Positions 44,891 to 55,515 of a stretch of 64,000 bases of DNA are shown piece by piece. How positions within the stretch are numbered: position 1 is the first letter of the stretch; each line of letters opens with the position of its first letter. A program made the position numbers and the translations under genes. The notes under the pieces were generated by a model that was not told the DNA's origin, did no database searches, and saw nothing but the letters and a program-made list of their open reading frames with translations. Origin of the DNA: a virus; IMG/VR virus record IMGVR_UViG_3300050011_000393, positions 1 to 64,000 of that record; one strand, given 5' to 3'.

Positions 44891-47800
44891 GCCAATCTGA
44901 TCCGGCGCTAGAAATTCCGTTCTTTTTATCGGGATTTTACACGTTTAGATCTCAATTGTTCGCCCCGTACAAAGCAATTGGGGTGTCAATTGTGTCATAT
45001 CACGACCCCGTGCTAGACGGCGCAAATTTTGAGAATACGGATCTTTTTGAATGGCAGCGCCGCCCCGGGTTCTCTCGATACTGTCCGACATTGTTGCCCT
45101 CCAATGAAGTGATCAACCAGTTTATGTTCTTTCGAAATTTGAAAGGACAGGTCGTAGATTATTTCGATTCGACTGCCCGCTTGGCCACGTTCACATCAAC
45201 TGGCGTGAACACCATTGTTGCGAAAACCACCACCGCACAGGGGTATATTTCCACGCTGGGAAACATGACGTACTTTGCGGATGGAGCGGCCGCCGATTAT
45301 TCCAAATCGGACGGCACTAATACTTCTGCGTGGGGCATCGCCGCGCCAACAATTGTCCCTACATCCACAGGCATGGGGTTCTGGCAGCCAGAGGCTAAGT
45401 TCGTTCTTGGCGAGCCGATTCAAGATCCGAACGGTAATATCGAAGCAGTCTCCGCGATTCTGATTCCAAACGGCAGCGTGGAATCTCCTACTGCGTATAC
45501 TGAACTGGCACTTGCTGGCGGCATCGGGGCCTGGGGGTCGGGTTCGATTACGGCAGGCAGCAACATCTCCCAAACCATTGTGACGGTAGGTCACACCAAA
45601 TATTTGTTTTTATACGACTTCAATCTTTCCATTCCGGCAGGCGCAACCATTATAGGGATTTCGGCTAGCGTGCCTAAACAGATAATCGGCGGGACAGCGG
45701 TGGACCAATCCGTGAAATTGGTGGTTGGCGGTTCGGTGGTCGGGGCGGATCTCGCATCGGGCGCGCCATGGAGCACCTCGGCTTTCGTAACTTCGATATA
45801 CGGCGGCCCTACCAACACCTGGTCTTCATCCTTGACCGCAACGCAAGCGAGTACACAAGGCCCGAGTGGATTTGGTTTGGCGATTGCGGCCAATGTGACC
45901 AGCACGACGAACTATAATTTGGTGCAGAGCGGCACAAGCAATTCCTTCGTGTCCGCCAGCACGGTCTATACCTTCCCGAATCCTGTGACGGTCGGAAACA
46001 CCATTGTGATTGGTCTTTTGATGTTTCATGAGGGATTCGTTTCAATTTCCGATAACCATGGAAACGTGTATACTCAAGCCGTTTCAACGGTCAACGGTGA
46101 AGAGTATGTGGCAGTTTTTGTGGCCCCGGTTCTTACGACAGGCGCAACGACAATCACGGTTGTGACTAGCGGGCTGAATTTTAATACCATTACTGGTATT
46201 AACGCTCATGAATTTCATGGGGTTCTATCTGCTTCCGCGATAGCGACGACTGGAGCTAACAACACTCCCGCGTCACCATTTAATTCTGGGACGGTTACGG
46301 TTTCAAACGCGGACGATCTAATTTTCTCGTTTCTGTGGCAAAGCCCAGGAGCCACCATCCCAGTCGGATATACCCGTGCGACAGTTCAAGATATCTACGA
46401 TTCCCCGGGGGGCGCTCCTTTTACCGCGCAAGCCGCCGCAGCCTTCTACGCGCCTGGATCCACAGGGTCTTTTTCGCCAACTTGGAGTCAAGGTAGTATT
46501 GGCGTGACGGCGGTCCTCAAATCTGCGGAGAGCGCGACGGTTTCAGTCGGCGGCGGCGCTCCGAATTCCCCCATTATTACTATATATTACCAACTCCCGA
46601 CGGGTGTCGGCCCCGGGTTCTCTGGCCCTACTGAACCGATTTGGTCTACTACGACTGGCGGCACGGTTAATGACGCAGGATTGGCCTGGACGAACTATGG
46701 TCCAGTCGAAATCTGGTTTCCGCTGACGAACTATCCTGTGCCTGTAGTCGTGCTCGATTCGAACGGGAATTTGCAATTAGCGACGACAACCACTAATCCT
46801 GTCGCGCCATGGGATTCCGGCACAGGGTATGCCGTGAATGCCGTGGTGTCTTATGGTGGCGGGTATTGGATCAACGTTCTGGGGGCAACGAATACAGGAA
46901 ATCCCCCGAATAGTTTGGCCAGCACTGCAACTACGAGCGGCAGCACAACGATCACCACGGCATACTGGGCCGTGGCGTCTAATCCTGTTGTGACAGGCTT
47001 GATAGCTCCTGTCTGGCAAACAACTCTGGGTGCGCTTACCGTCGACGGAAATTATACATGGAAAAATCTGGGACCAGGCTCTCCGCTGGCCAGTTTCGGG
47101 CATGCCTACGTCTATGGATATCGAACAGTATACGGGCATCTCTCGACCTGCAGTCCGTTCAGCAATAATACGGGAGCCATTCTCGGGCCACTGAATGGCA
47201 GCATTTCATCCTACGCGATTTCATCGAACGTGGTCACATTCCAAGGAAGCAACAACTTTCAGATCGGTGATATTTTTACGGTCACTGGGCTGACCGTCGG
47301 CACGTATTTAAACGAGCAAGTTTTCACCGTAACGTCCGCTGTGCCGTCCGCGATCTTTCCGCTCACCTCAGTCGCGGTCAGCGGCAGCAACGTTCTGACG
47401 ATTTTAGCGATAAACAATCTGGTTGTCGGTCAAACGGTCACGTTCAGCAACGTCGCGAACGCCACATTTTTAAACGGGGTTACGGTCACCGTTCTCGCGA
47501 GCGGATTGAGCGCCACCCAATTCGAAGCTAACTTCACTCACGCATCCTACGGCGCAACGGCAGATACAGGCAGCGTTTTGATTAACGGAAGCTGGACGGC
47601 TAATTTTGTTTTCGCGGACACAAGTTCCACGTCGGACTCAGGGACGGCCGCCCCACTTCTCTCGACTATAGCCGGAGTCGGAACAGGCTCACCCCTCTGC
47701 AATTCTATCGCGGCCATCACCGCGTTCTCGGTCACGGCGAATATCATTACCCTGACCGCGAGTAATAATTTTCAGCCCGGTCTGTGGGTCACGCTTACTG

Positions 47801-49239
47801 GACTGTCGGTTGCAACCTTCTTAAACGGGCAACAAGTGCAGGTTATAGCCGTCGATCAGCCTGTAGGAATTCAGAATACGTGGTTCCAGGTTTATTTCCA
47901 GACGCCGAATTCAGTACAAACGCCGGATGCAGGCACTGCGACATTTAACGCGGTGGAGATCTACCGCACGTCCGACGGCGGCGGCACTTATTTGTTCGAC
48001 GGCGCGGTCACAAACCCGGGCTTGAATTTGCCGTGGGTATTCGATGATTTTGTGATTGATGCTAACTTGGATATTTTGTTGATTGCTCCGCTGTACCACC
48101 AGAATGACCCGCCGCCGGGCGCACCAGGATCCTCGATCAATACGGTCGGGGCTCTGTCGGTTTATTGGCAAGGTCGGATTTGGTTGGTCGTCGGCAACTA
48201 TGTATACTACACTTCAGGACCTGATTGCACGAACGGCATTCCGGAAGAGGCGTGGGCACCTGGAAATCGGTTCCAGTTTTCAGGTCCTGTGATGAATTTG
48301 CAGCCGACCGCAGACGGTGTCGCCCTGCTTGTTTTCTTGGCCGACAGTGTTAACGCGATTCTGGGCGGTCCTGAGACGATTAGCTTCTATGCTTCGGATT
48401 TCCTGAGTAACTTTGGGATCTCCAGCTCTAACGCAATTTTCCGTGATGGGTCCACCATCGGTTTGTTCACGACACAGAAGCAATATTTTGAACTTCTCGG
48501 CGCGCAAAAAGACGATGTTGGCAAAAACATTTCGAATTACTTGGCGGCGAATTTCGCGGCGGCAAAATCTTATGTTACTATGCATCGCAACGGTACGGAT
48601 GTAGGGCTGTTCATTAGCAATGGAGTAGACCGCATCCTGCGTTTTGGGCCAGATGTTCCGTCCTGGAGCGTTCCTGCATTTCCTTCCTTCGGCGCAGGTG
48701 CGATCCGCTCGGTCGAGACTTCGGTCGGAGAGTACAGCCTGCTGTTGGCGACACCGAACGGCGGCCCGAATAATTATATTTATGCGCGCGATTTGAATTC
48801 ATGGGGCGACAATAATACGACCCTTGGCGCAAATGACGGCGCGTCTTACCCCTCCTGCTATATCACGGTCGGCAGCATCACGTTGTCGCCTCTGGGAGGA
48901 CGCGGATTCCCTCTGCAGCATGTATCAGGGTATTTCGACGCGGTCGGAACTCTCGCGAATGGCGGCCCATCGCAGCCCAACATTTGGATTCTGCCGAACG
49001 AAGTCAGCGGCACTTCAGGCATCGGATTTATTCAACTGCCCGAGGTTGTTCAAGAACCGCCACAAGGGCAAAATTATCCGTCGACTACGCTCTTGGCTTT
49101 ACGGTGGAACGTTAATATGATGAACAGTAGTCTGGCATCGCAGTTCATGCATCATATCCAGGTGAAGATCCAATTTGAGAGCGAAAACGCCCCTAACACT
49201 ATCAAGGCGATTTCGTTCGGAGAGGATCAGTCCACATAA
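44875..49239 (+). CDS. Large tail protein (nozzle/stabilisation-like) with repeated beta modules
   Basis: N-terminal RRPG, VEIYRT, WQGRIW segments; repeated T.D....W.N.G and FLNG..V.V modules. Confidence 0.6.
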   Translation: MARRISQSDPALEIPFFLSGFYTFRSQLFAPYKAIGVSIVSYHDPVLDGANFENTDLFEWQRRPGFSRYCPTLLPSNEVINQFMFFRNLKGQVVDYFDSTARLATFTSTGVNTIVAKTTTAQGYISTLGNMTYFADGAAADYSKSDGTNTSAWGIAAPTIVPTSTGMGFWQPEAKFVLGEPIQDPNGNIEAVSAILIPNGSVESPTAYTELALAGGIGAWGSGSITAGSNISQTIVTVGHTKYLFLYDFNLSIPAGATIIGISASVPKQIIGGTAVDQSVKLVVGGSVVGADLASGAPWSTSAFVTSIYGGPTNTWSSSLTATQASTQGPSGFGLAIAANVTSTTNYNLVQSGTSNSFVSASTVYTFPNPVTVGNTIVIGLLMFHEGFVSISDNHGNVYTQAVSTVNGEEYVAVFVAPVLTTGATTITVVTSGLNFNTITGINAHEFHGVLSASAIATTGANNTPASPFNSGTVTVSNADDLIFSFLWQSPGATIPVGYTRATVQDIYDSPGGAPFTAQAAAAFYAPGSTGSFSPTWSQGSIGVTAVLKSAESATVSVGGGAPNSPIITIYYQLPTGVGPGFSGPTEPIWSTTTGGTVNDAGLAWTNYGPVEIWFPLTNYPVPVVVLDSNGNLQLATTTTNPVAPWDSGTGYAVNAVVSYGGGYWINVLGATNTGNPPNSLASTATTSGSTTITTAYWAVASNPVVTGLIAPVWQTTLGALTVDGNYTWKNLGPGSPLASFGHAYVYGYRTVYGHLSTCSPFSNNTGAILGPLNGSISSYAISSNVVTFQGSNNFQIGDIFTVTGLTVGTYLNEQVFTVTSAVPSAIFPLTSVAVSGSNVLTILAINNLVVGQTVTFSNVANATFLNGVTVTVLASGLSATQFEANFTHASYGATADTGSVLINGSWTANFVFADTSSTSDSGTAAPLLSTIAGVGTGSPLCNSIAAITAFSVTANIITLTASNNFQPGLWVTLTGLSVATFLNGQQVQVIAVDQPVGIQNTWFQVYFQTPNSVQTPDAGTATFNAVEIYRTSDGGGTYLFDGAVTNPGLNLPWVFDDFVIDANLDILLIAPLYHQNDPPPGAPGSSINTVGALSVYWQGRIWLVVGNYVYYTSGPDCTNGIPEEAWAPGNRFQFSGPVMNLQPTADGVALLVFLADSVNAILGGPETISFYASDFLSNFGISSSNAIFRDGSTIGLFTTQKQYFELLGAQKDDVGKNISNYLAANFAAAKSYVTMHRNGTDVGLFISNGVDRILRFGPDVPSWSVPAFPSFGAGAIRSVETSVGEYSLLLATPNGGPNNYIYARDLNSWGDNNTTLGANDGASYPSCYITVGSITLSPLGGRGFPLQHVSGYFDAVGTLANGGPSQPNIWILPNEVSGTSGIGFIQLPEVVQEPPQGQNYPSTTLLALRWNVNMMNSSLASQFMHHIQVKIQFESENAPNTIKAISFGEDQST

Positions 49240-49718
49240 TGAAAACTACAGCAGATGACGCGCGGACCTCTCAGCCAGGAGCAGTTCCTACAACTCCACT
49301 TGTATGGCCTGCGGACAGACAAAAATCTAATCAAATCCAACAAATTAAAGGGTCAGCCAAGCCGCAGGCCACTTTTGTGCTGCCGTCTACGCAACCGAAT
49401 ACGTCATATGTGCCCCCGCGCACCACGCCGCAGCATGTTTCGAATGTGCGGGTGATTTCCTCGAAGGCCGTTGCGGGAAATAAAACCGTAACGGTGCAAT
49501 TCAACCACCCATCAAATGACCCTTATTTTTCAGGGGCGAACGTGTATCTCAGGCGCGCGGGACAGCAGCCGACTTTAGTTGCTTCGGGCGCGAAATCTCC
49601 CCTGACGTTCACCGTTCCGGTTCACTCCGCTGCGCACGTCATTCATGTCAGCTCGGTCGGGAATTGGGGAGAGACCAGTGTGGCGACCAGCCCTGCCCAT
49701 CCAGTTCGTCTCGTTTAA
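49239..49718 (+). CDS. Virion protein with FN3-like domain
   Basis: FSGANVY...VSSVGNWGE pattern. Confidence 0.5.
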   Translation: MKTTADDARTSQPGAVPTTPLVWPADRQKSNQIQQIKGSAKPQATFVLPSTQPNTSYVPPRTTPQHVSNVRVISSKAVAGNKTVTVQFNHPSNDPYFSGANVYLRRAGQQPTLVASGAKSPLTFTVPVHSAAHVIHVSSVGNWGETSVATSPAHPVRLV

Positions 49719-49737
49719 GACTTATTCAACCATAAGT
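49719..49737 (+). promoter_or_regulatory. GACT-N8-CATAAGT motif
   Basis: Exact copy. Confidence 0.7.
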
Positions 49738-49749
49738 AAGGGGCATCTT

Positions 49750-50226
49750 ATGAGCGCAACAGATGGTTGGAAGTTTCGGTTGGCGGGCCCAGAGGACGCT
49801 GAAGCGTTCACTCAGTGGACTTTAGCCAATCCGCAGATCGACCCGAAAGATATTGAAGCGGCTAAAAAAGACAACAACCCGACGGTGTTGTTTTTTGCTA
49901 TTGAAAACGCGGATGGAAAAGTTATATCTTTTGCGCCCGTATATATTCAATCAGTTCTCGCACATTTAGTTTTTAACCCTGAAGCCAGCGGGAAAGAGCG
50001 GCTGAACGCTTTGCAGATGACGCTGAATGGTGTCGCATCTTTTTCGGTCGGGCTCGGGATTCGGGAAATCACGACCCTGAGCAAACCAGAATACGGTGTT
50101 GCAAAGTGGGCAATGAAACACGGCTTTGAATTAGAGCCCAGGCAAGTTTTCAAGTTTGATATCAATAAGGTGCTCGCCGTAGCAAAGGAAGAAAAAGATG
50201 GCGTCGGTTTATCTACATACGAATAA
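49750..50226 (+). CDS. GNAT-fold-like protein (internal virion protein A type)
   Basis: FRLA.PED start, AMKHGF end; position before ejection-like genes. Confidence 0.45.
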   Translation: MSATDGWKFRLAGPEDAEAFTQWTLANPQIDPKDIEAAKKDNNPTVLFFAIENADGKVISFAPVYIQSVLAHLVFNPEASGKERLNALQMTLNGVASFSVGLGIREITTLSKPEYGVAKWAMKHGFELEPRQVFKFDINKVLAVAKEEKDGVGLSTYE

Positions 50227-50442
50227 AGATAACGGCGCAGTCTATATAACGCGGGACGCTTTCGAGCGGGGGTTCCGCCCTTGGTGCACTACTTGAAGGG
50301 GCATAAACCCTGGAATGCGGGATTGTCGATGAGGCATGGCGGGTCTTTTGGGGTAGGTCACACTCCATATTGTAATCATCTAGGCGGATTTAATACTGGG
50401 ACGGTTTGCAGTCGATGCGGAAAAGAAAAACCATGCGAATAA
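50198..50442 (+). pseudogene. Decayed GIY-YIG/NUMOD3 endonuclease
   Basis: MASVYLHTNKDNGAVYI then frame break; KGHKPWNAG in another frame. Confidence 0.55.
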
Positions 50443-51158
50443 CGATTAATCCTGTGCTGGACATGGAGACTCTCTGCTGGGTATCTAATGGGGGGGTCTA
50501 CGATTACGACGGCCCTTTAATGTTGGCTTGTTCTTCCGGCGGAAAAGTAGCGGCGAATGACCAAGCCCTGCAAGACGCAAATCTTGCAGCGAATACGAAT
50601 TTCTTGAATGACGCGAAGACCTCTTTCGCGGAGCAGCAACAGATTCAAGCGAAGCAGACGGCTTTTGCGAATAACCTAATCGCGAATCCATTGGGATATA
50701 CCGCGCCACAATTGGCGAACGCGAATACCGCTATCAACGAGAATTTTGCGAACGCGGCCAAGGGCGCGCTCGGGTCTGCGGCAGCTTTCGCGGCTGCGCA
50801 TGGCAGTTCCGATATCGGCGGCGGCGCAACTGGACAAATAGCAGGACAAATTGGCGGACAAGCGGCAACGGGGGCGGCCGCAGCACGCGCCTCACTCTCG
50901 CAACAGAATGAAGCCTTGAAGCGAGAAAGCATGTTGACAGGTTTACAGGAATTGAACACCGCAGGTACAGGCGCGCAAGGCGCAGTCGGCGGATCAGTTA
51001 GTGGTGCGGGAACGACAGGCGAGACGACCACGAACGCAGGCACAGGTGTCACCGCCGCGCAACAAGCAGGATGGGGAGATGTTACAGGAGTTTTGAGCGG
51101 GATTAGTGGACTTGCAACCGCCGGGCTTTCGCCATTCAAAGCCAGCAAAACGATATAA
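50433..51158 (+). CDS. DNA ejection/pilot-like protein
   Basis: YDYDGPLMLAC start; Gly/Ala/Gln rich. Confidence 0.55.
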   Translation: MRITINPVLDMETLCWVSNGGVYDYDGPLMLACSSGGKVAANDQALQDANLAANTNFLNDAKTSFAEQQQIQAKQTAFANNLIANPLGYTAPQLANANTAINENFANAAKGALGSAAAFAAAHGSSDIGGGATGQIAGQIGGQAATGAAAARASLSQQNEALKRESMLTGLQELNTAGTGAQGAVGGSVSGAGTTGETTTNAGTGVTAAQQAGWGDVTGVLSGISGLATAGLSPFKASKTI

Positions 51159-51171
51159 AAGGATTTTTATC

Positions 51172-51849
51172 ATGGCCGAAACAGTAAATCTTAAAAAATC
51201 ATATTCTGCTCTAAACGAGAGCCTTGCGAAATTGTTTGATGAAAGCGGCGTTCGCCGAAGTTTTACGGTGCCCTATGTTTTGGGGCAGGAAATGAAGGAC
51301 CACATCAACGCAGTTGGCACTGCTGCTTCGCAAAGCGGAGGACTGGCTACGAATTTTATCACGTCCGCGCATCATGCCGCAGGCAAAGGACACGGATCTG
51401 GTGACGGTCATACTCTCGGGCACCCTTCCGAGAAATTGCGCCAGACCATTATTCCGAAGGACGACGAGCGCGCCAAAGCCACCATCGAGGCGGCGCAAAA
51501 GTGCGTTAGCAATTTCAAATTTTTGCTCGGGGATGACGACCCGACAGTGAAGGAAGCACAAAGTCAATTGGACTTGGTTAAGCCAACGTTTGGGGCAGGT
51601 ATGAGCCTTTTTGACTTTGGTGTTTTGGTAATTAATATTTTGCATAAACCCACTCAAGCGGCGGCTCGAGCGCATAACGGCACCAAAGAAGGCGGCCACC
51701 AGCCGAGCCTTCGCGCGCCAGCCCAGCAGGAATCGCAACCAGAGGCGCAAGGCGAGGAGCAAGGGGACGGTGGGGCATCAACAGACCAATCAGAGGCTCC
51801 CGCGTCTCAGGGGGCTTCGGACGCCGCGCCACAACAGGCGCAAGGATAG
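51172..51849 (+). CDS. Hypothetical protein
   Basis: AAGGA SD; acidic disordered tail. Confidence 0.55.
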   Translation: MAETVNLKKSYSALNESLAKLFDESGVRRSFTVPYVLGQEMKDHINAVGTAASQSGGLATNFITSAHHAAGKGHGSGDGHTLGHPSEKLRQTIIPKDDERAKATIEAAQKCVSNFKFLLGDDDPTVKEAQSQLDLVKPTFGAGMSLFDFGVLVINILHKPTQAAARAHNGTKEGGHQPSLRAPAQQESQPEAQGEEQGDGGASTDQSEAPASQGASDAAPQQAQG

Positions 51850-51852
51850 ATC

Positions 51853-53670
51853 ATGGCTGAAAATACACCGCAGACCGCACCTGTCATCGACGGAATGAAT
51901 GCACCTGCCCCTTCTGTTATGGAATCGGTATCGCCTCCGAACCTGACGCAAGGCAACTTGCCCGCTTATGGTGAGCCTGGAGCCGCGTCTGAACCTTCAA
52001 CTGTTGTGTCTCCGAACACGCCAGCAGCCCAGCCAGCGGCCGCCCCTCCGAAGCACGCACATCTGCTCGCCATGGTTCAGGGTCTCGCTGATGGGCTTTC
52101 TGGTTTTTCTGCAGGTCTGGCCAGCAAAGGGAAAGTCTCGGGCGCTGAAGTTGTTCAAAACCTCGAAGCGCAGCGTCAGCAAGCAGCGCAGTCTAAGCAA
52201 GCCGCAGCAACGGCCCAGACAGCGGCGGACACAGAAAATCGACTGAAACAAGCTACGACGAACCAGATCAATTCCAGCACGATTCATAGCAACCAGACTT
52301 TTAAAAACGAAATGGCTCTGAGCGACATGAGCGTGCAAGAAAAAGCTACAAAAATAGCGTCTGACCAGTTCAATTTATTTGCAGGTACTGGAATGAATCC
52401 CGATCAAATCAACCAGCTAGTGAAGGGCGGCGCGGTCGACGCTAAAACTTCGAACATGCTGCAAGTGAATGCTCAGCAACAATACCGCATCGCTTCTCAA
52501 TTACTGCCCGAGGATAATCCGACGGTAGTGGCAATGAAGGGCGCACTAGCTGATCCAACCACGTCCCCTGCCACTCTGGTCCAACTGAACAATCGATTGC
52601 AAGCGGAACTGAAGGGTCAAGAAGGCGTAAACGACGCGAAGATCAAAGCCGCAACTGTTGCCGCGACCGCTCCGTTTGGCGATAAGGCCGCTGACTTAAA
52701 TAAAGCGCTGCTCGACCGCTACAAAATATCAAATCCAGGCGCAACTGAATTGCCGCAAGGATATGCGCTCGACGAGAAATCCACGCCGAAAGATTTTGAC
52801 CGCGTTGATAAAATAATGCAGCAGACTGAGTCCGCATTGGCGACAAAAGCCAATCGCGATATCGTCAATGGCATGCGCGAACAAATGCTGGACCTAGCCA
52901 AGGGAGTGAAGATTCCAGGCGACGAAACAAAAAGCGGAGCGGAATATCTTGCGTCTTTGCCTGTAGGATTACAGGGACCAGTGAAAGAAATCGGAGAAGG
53001 GCGCGCCGCGCCACCGCCGTCCGGTTCGCGCAGTCCTGCCGCTCAGACTCTTAATGCCGCGTTGAACCGCGCATACCCTGATTATGACGCGACAAAGTAT
53101 CCTGCCTATCTCGACGCGCGAAAGAAATTTACTTCGGGTCCTGAATCGAAGGGCATCAACTCTCTCAATACGGTTGAGACGCATTTGGGCCGCATGCTCG
53201 ACCACTTAAATGCACCGAACACATCGGGCGGTATTACTGGCCGCGTGACGGGGTTCTTCGGTGATAAGGACGTTCAGGCTCTGGATATTGATCGCACTGC
53301 GGTCTCTACCGAACTTTCGAAGGCGTATGCTGCAGGCCAGATTTCCGAAGGCGAAGTTCGAGACTGGGAAGCGAAACTTGATATTAGGCAGCCGGGTATG
53401 ACGACAGGCAAGATGGCGACTAACATCAAAGAAATTGATGGCCTGCTCGAAGGAAAACAGAAAGCATACCAGACGCAGTGGGCGACTGCAGCTCCCTCTG
53501 CCAGTATTGTGTCCCCTGTACCGATTATTAGTTCCGACGCCTCCGCCGCGCGCGCAAACATTCGTGGCGAAAAAGCCTCCGCGCACAACGTTGGTGATTC
53601 GGTCACATTAAAGAATGGCCAGACAGTCACTATCAAGACCATGAACCCAGACGGCACCTTCACTTACTAA
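51853..53670 (+). CDS. Internal virion/ejection protein
   Basis: Helical Q/A-rich, 605 aa. Confidence 0.55.
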   Translation: MAENTPQTAPVIDGMNAPAPSVMESVSPPNLTQGNLPAYGEPGAASEPSTVVSPNTPAAQPAAAPPKHAHLLAMVQGLADGLSGFSAGLASKGKVSGAEVVQNLEAQRQQAAQSKQAAATAQTAADTENRLKQATTNQINSSTIHSNQTFKNEMALSDMSVQEKATKIASDQFNLFAGTGMNPDQINQLVKGGAVDAKTSNMLQVNAQQQYRIASQLLPEDNPTVVAMKGALADPTTSPATLVQLNNRLQAELKGQEGVNDAKIKAATVAATAPFGDKAADLNKALLDRYKISNPGATELPQGYALDEKSTPKDFDRVDKIMQQTESALATKANRDIVNGMREQMLDLAKGVKIPGDETKSGAEYLASLPVGLQGPVKEIGEGRAAPPPSGSRSPAAQTLNAALNRAYPDYDATKYPAYLDARKKFTSGPESKGINSLNTVETHLGRMLDHLNAPNTSGGITGRVTGFFGDKDVQALDIDRTAVSTELSKAYAAGQISEGEVRDWEAKLDIRQPGMTTGKMATNIKEIDGLLEGKQKAYQTQWATAAPSASIVSPVPIISSDASAARANIRGEKASAHNVGDSVTLKNGQTVTIKTMNPDGTFTY

Positions 53671-53680
53671 AGAAAAAATT

Positions 53681-54979
53681 ATGGGACAAGCCAGTATCGA
53701 CGACATCGTTTCGAATCAGGGCCCGGCTGTTGCGCCTCCAACAGCGGCTGCTGCCGCCGCGCCCGTGAGCGGGACTGCGCATGTCGATGACATTGTTTCG
53801 AATCAAGGTCCTGCGCCCGGGTCTATTACCGAAGCGAATCAGAAATATAATCAACCCTTTCAGCCCGTGCCAAAAGATCCCGTCGCTCCTCCGCAGGACC
53901 ACAAGGAAGAATTGGTTAAAAGCGTCGGCGGGGATCATGGGTTAGCTGCTTATCGTGCTGCCCGAAAAGCCGTAGATGGCGTGGAGTTAATGATTAAGGC
54001 TCCTGCTGCATCATATGACGCAGCTAAAGAATTAGTTCGAAATCTCGGTACGGACATGTTGTCTAACGTCAAAGCGAATCTGACGGAAACAGACCCAAAT
54101 CACGGACAGATGTACGCAGCGCCGATTTTTCCTGCGCCGGGAGTAGGCACGGCTACACAAGCCTTTGCCGATACAGCTCCTGCGGTAAGTACGACAGCTC
54201 CTATCGCCGCTGCTACCACCGCACCCGCAGGCGATAGTCTTATGACTCGACTGACAAATCCGTTTAAGAAATGGTTGGCAACGCCGAAAGACGCAGGTGC
54301 TGCAGCAACTCAGGAGCCTACTGCCGCAGCCGTGCGAGACGTGACTGGATCTCCCGCAAGCGCGCCGATTGTTTCTCGCGAAGCAGGTACAACCGCCGCT
54401 GACGATATGTTGAACAACCTCGGAGTTCAAAAAGACGCCGCATATAAAAAGATTGATGATATTGCGGAATTTGATTTGAAGGCGGAGAAACAAAAACTCT
54501 CCGATACGAAGTACGCCATCAAGCAGCCAGGCGCAGACGTCAAGGGGCTACAGGAAGAAATGGATCTAAGCAATCAAAAAATCGCCGATGCCAATAAAAA
54601 ATTGGTCAAGGCAGGAATCAATCCCAAAGACGCCGACGAACTCAACAAGGCGTGGGAAGCGACGAAATTATTTAAGCAGGATCTCGTCAGGGCTACAAAG
54701 GCTGACGGGACTCTGGACGTGAATGTCTTGTTGAAGCGCGCAAATAGCCGCTTCAATCCTCGGTATGGCGACCGCCTCGCCCAGGCGTTTGGTAAAGGTG
54801 ACGCGCAAGCGGGCAAAGCAATCGCCTCGAAATACATTCAAGGACTCGAAGCGGCCCAGGCCGCAGGTCAGCACGCGCTCAGCACCCAGCGATTCAAACT
54901 GTGGCTGACGGGGCTTGGCGCGACTGCTGGAATCGGGAGCGCAGGATATAAAACGCTCGAGACTTTACTTGCTCCCTAA
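53681..54979 (+). CDS. Internal virion/ejection protein
   Basis: Duplicated DDIVSNQGPA at N-terminus; hydrophobic Gly-rich C-terminus. Confidence 0.55.
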   Translation: MGQASIDDIVSNQGPAVAPPTAAAAAAPVSGTAHVDDIVSNQGPAPGSITEANQKYNQPFQPVPKDPVAPPQDHKEELVKSVGGDHGLAAYRAARKAVDGVELMIKAPAASYDAAKELVRNLGTDMLSNVKANLTETDPNHGQMYAAPIFPAPGVGTATQAFADTAPAVSTTAPIAAATTAPAGDSLMTRLTNPFKKWLATPKDAGAAATQEPTAAAVRDVTGSPASAPIVSREAGTTAADDMLNNLGVQKDAAYKKIDDIAEFDLKAEKQKLSDTKYAIKQPGADVKGLQEEMDLSNQKIADANKKLVKAGINPKDADELNKAWEATKLFKQDLVRATKADGTLDVNVLLKRANSRFNPRYGDRLAQAFGKGDAQAGKAIASKYIQGLEAAQAAGQHALSTQRFKLWLTGLGATAGIGSAGYKTLETLLAP

Positions 54980-55037
54980 TCGCCGAAGCAATATAAAGTC
55001 CAGAACCCGCCAAGAATCGCACAGATAAATAGTAAAA

Positions 55038-55196
55038 TCATGATTGCCTCTCTGCGTTGAGAATGGCGACTTCGGGTCCGTCGTTTGCAGGGTCTTGTTG
55101 CTCGATTTGATCCACCAAATCATTATAGCCCCCGAACCGCAGCGTCCGCTTGATTAAGATGTAATCATCTGAACTCACTTCTATTTTGAATTTCAC
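55038..55196 (-). CDS. Small hypothetical protein
   Basis: GGAGG SD before GTG. Confidence 0.45.
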   Translation of the reverse strand: MKFKIEVSSDDYILIKRTLRFGGYNDLVDQIEQQDPANDGPEVAILNAERQS

Positions 55197-55242
55197 AGTG
55201 TTGCCTCCAATTCCTACAGTGTACAGATGTTTCAAATCCTTG

Positions 55243-55298
55243 GCAATAGTACTTTAGTACCAAGAGTTTGGCGCTTTAAGACTTTTCATTACATAGTT
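55243..55298. promoter_or_regulatory. Divergent control region: GTAC-N4-GTAC box and GACT-N8-CATAGTT variant
   Basis: GCAATAGTACTTTAGTAC at 55243-55260; motif variant at 55280-55298. Confidence 0.6.
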
Positions 55299-55314
55299 AG
55301 TATAGGAGCGTGAC

Positions 55315-55512
55315 ATGGAGCGGTCACCAATCTGCCCGAACTGTCTCTCGAAGTTTAATGATATTCGAGGGTGCATTTACGTCGACGGCAAAGTGACAGG
55401 CCGCCGATGCGAAGATGATTGGCATCGAGGAATAGGGTACGATCCCAACAAATGGGACCTAAGCGAGTTCGATACTGAATTTTTATCTGAGCAGAAAGTT
55501 TCTTCAAGGTGA
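55315..55512 (+). CDS. Small Cys/His protein
   Basis: AGGAG SD; CPNC...C.D.WH. Confidence 0.5.
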   Translation: MERSPICPNCLSKFNDIRGCIYVDGKVTGRRCEDDWHRGIGYDPNKWDLSEFDTEFLSEQKVSSR

Positions 55513-55515
55513 CTT

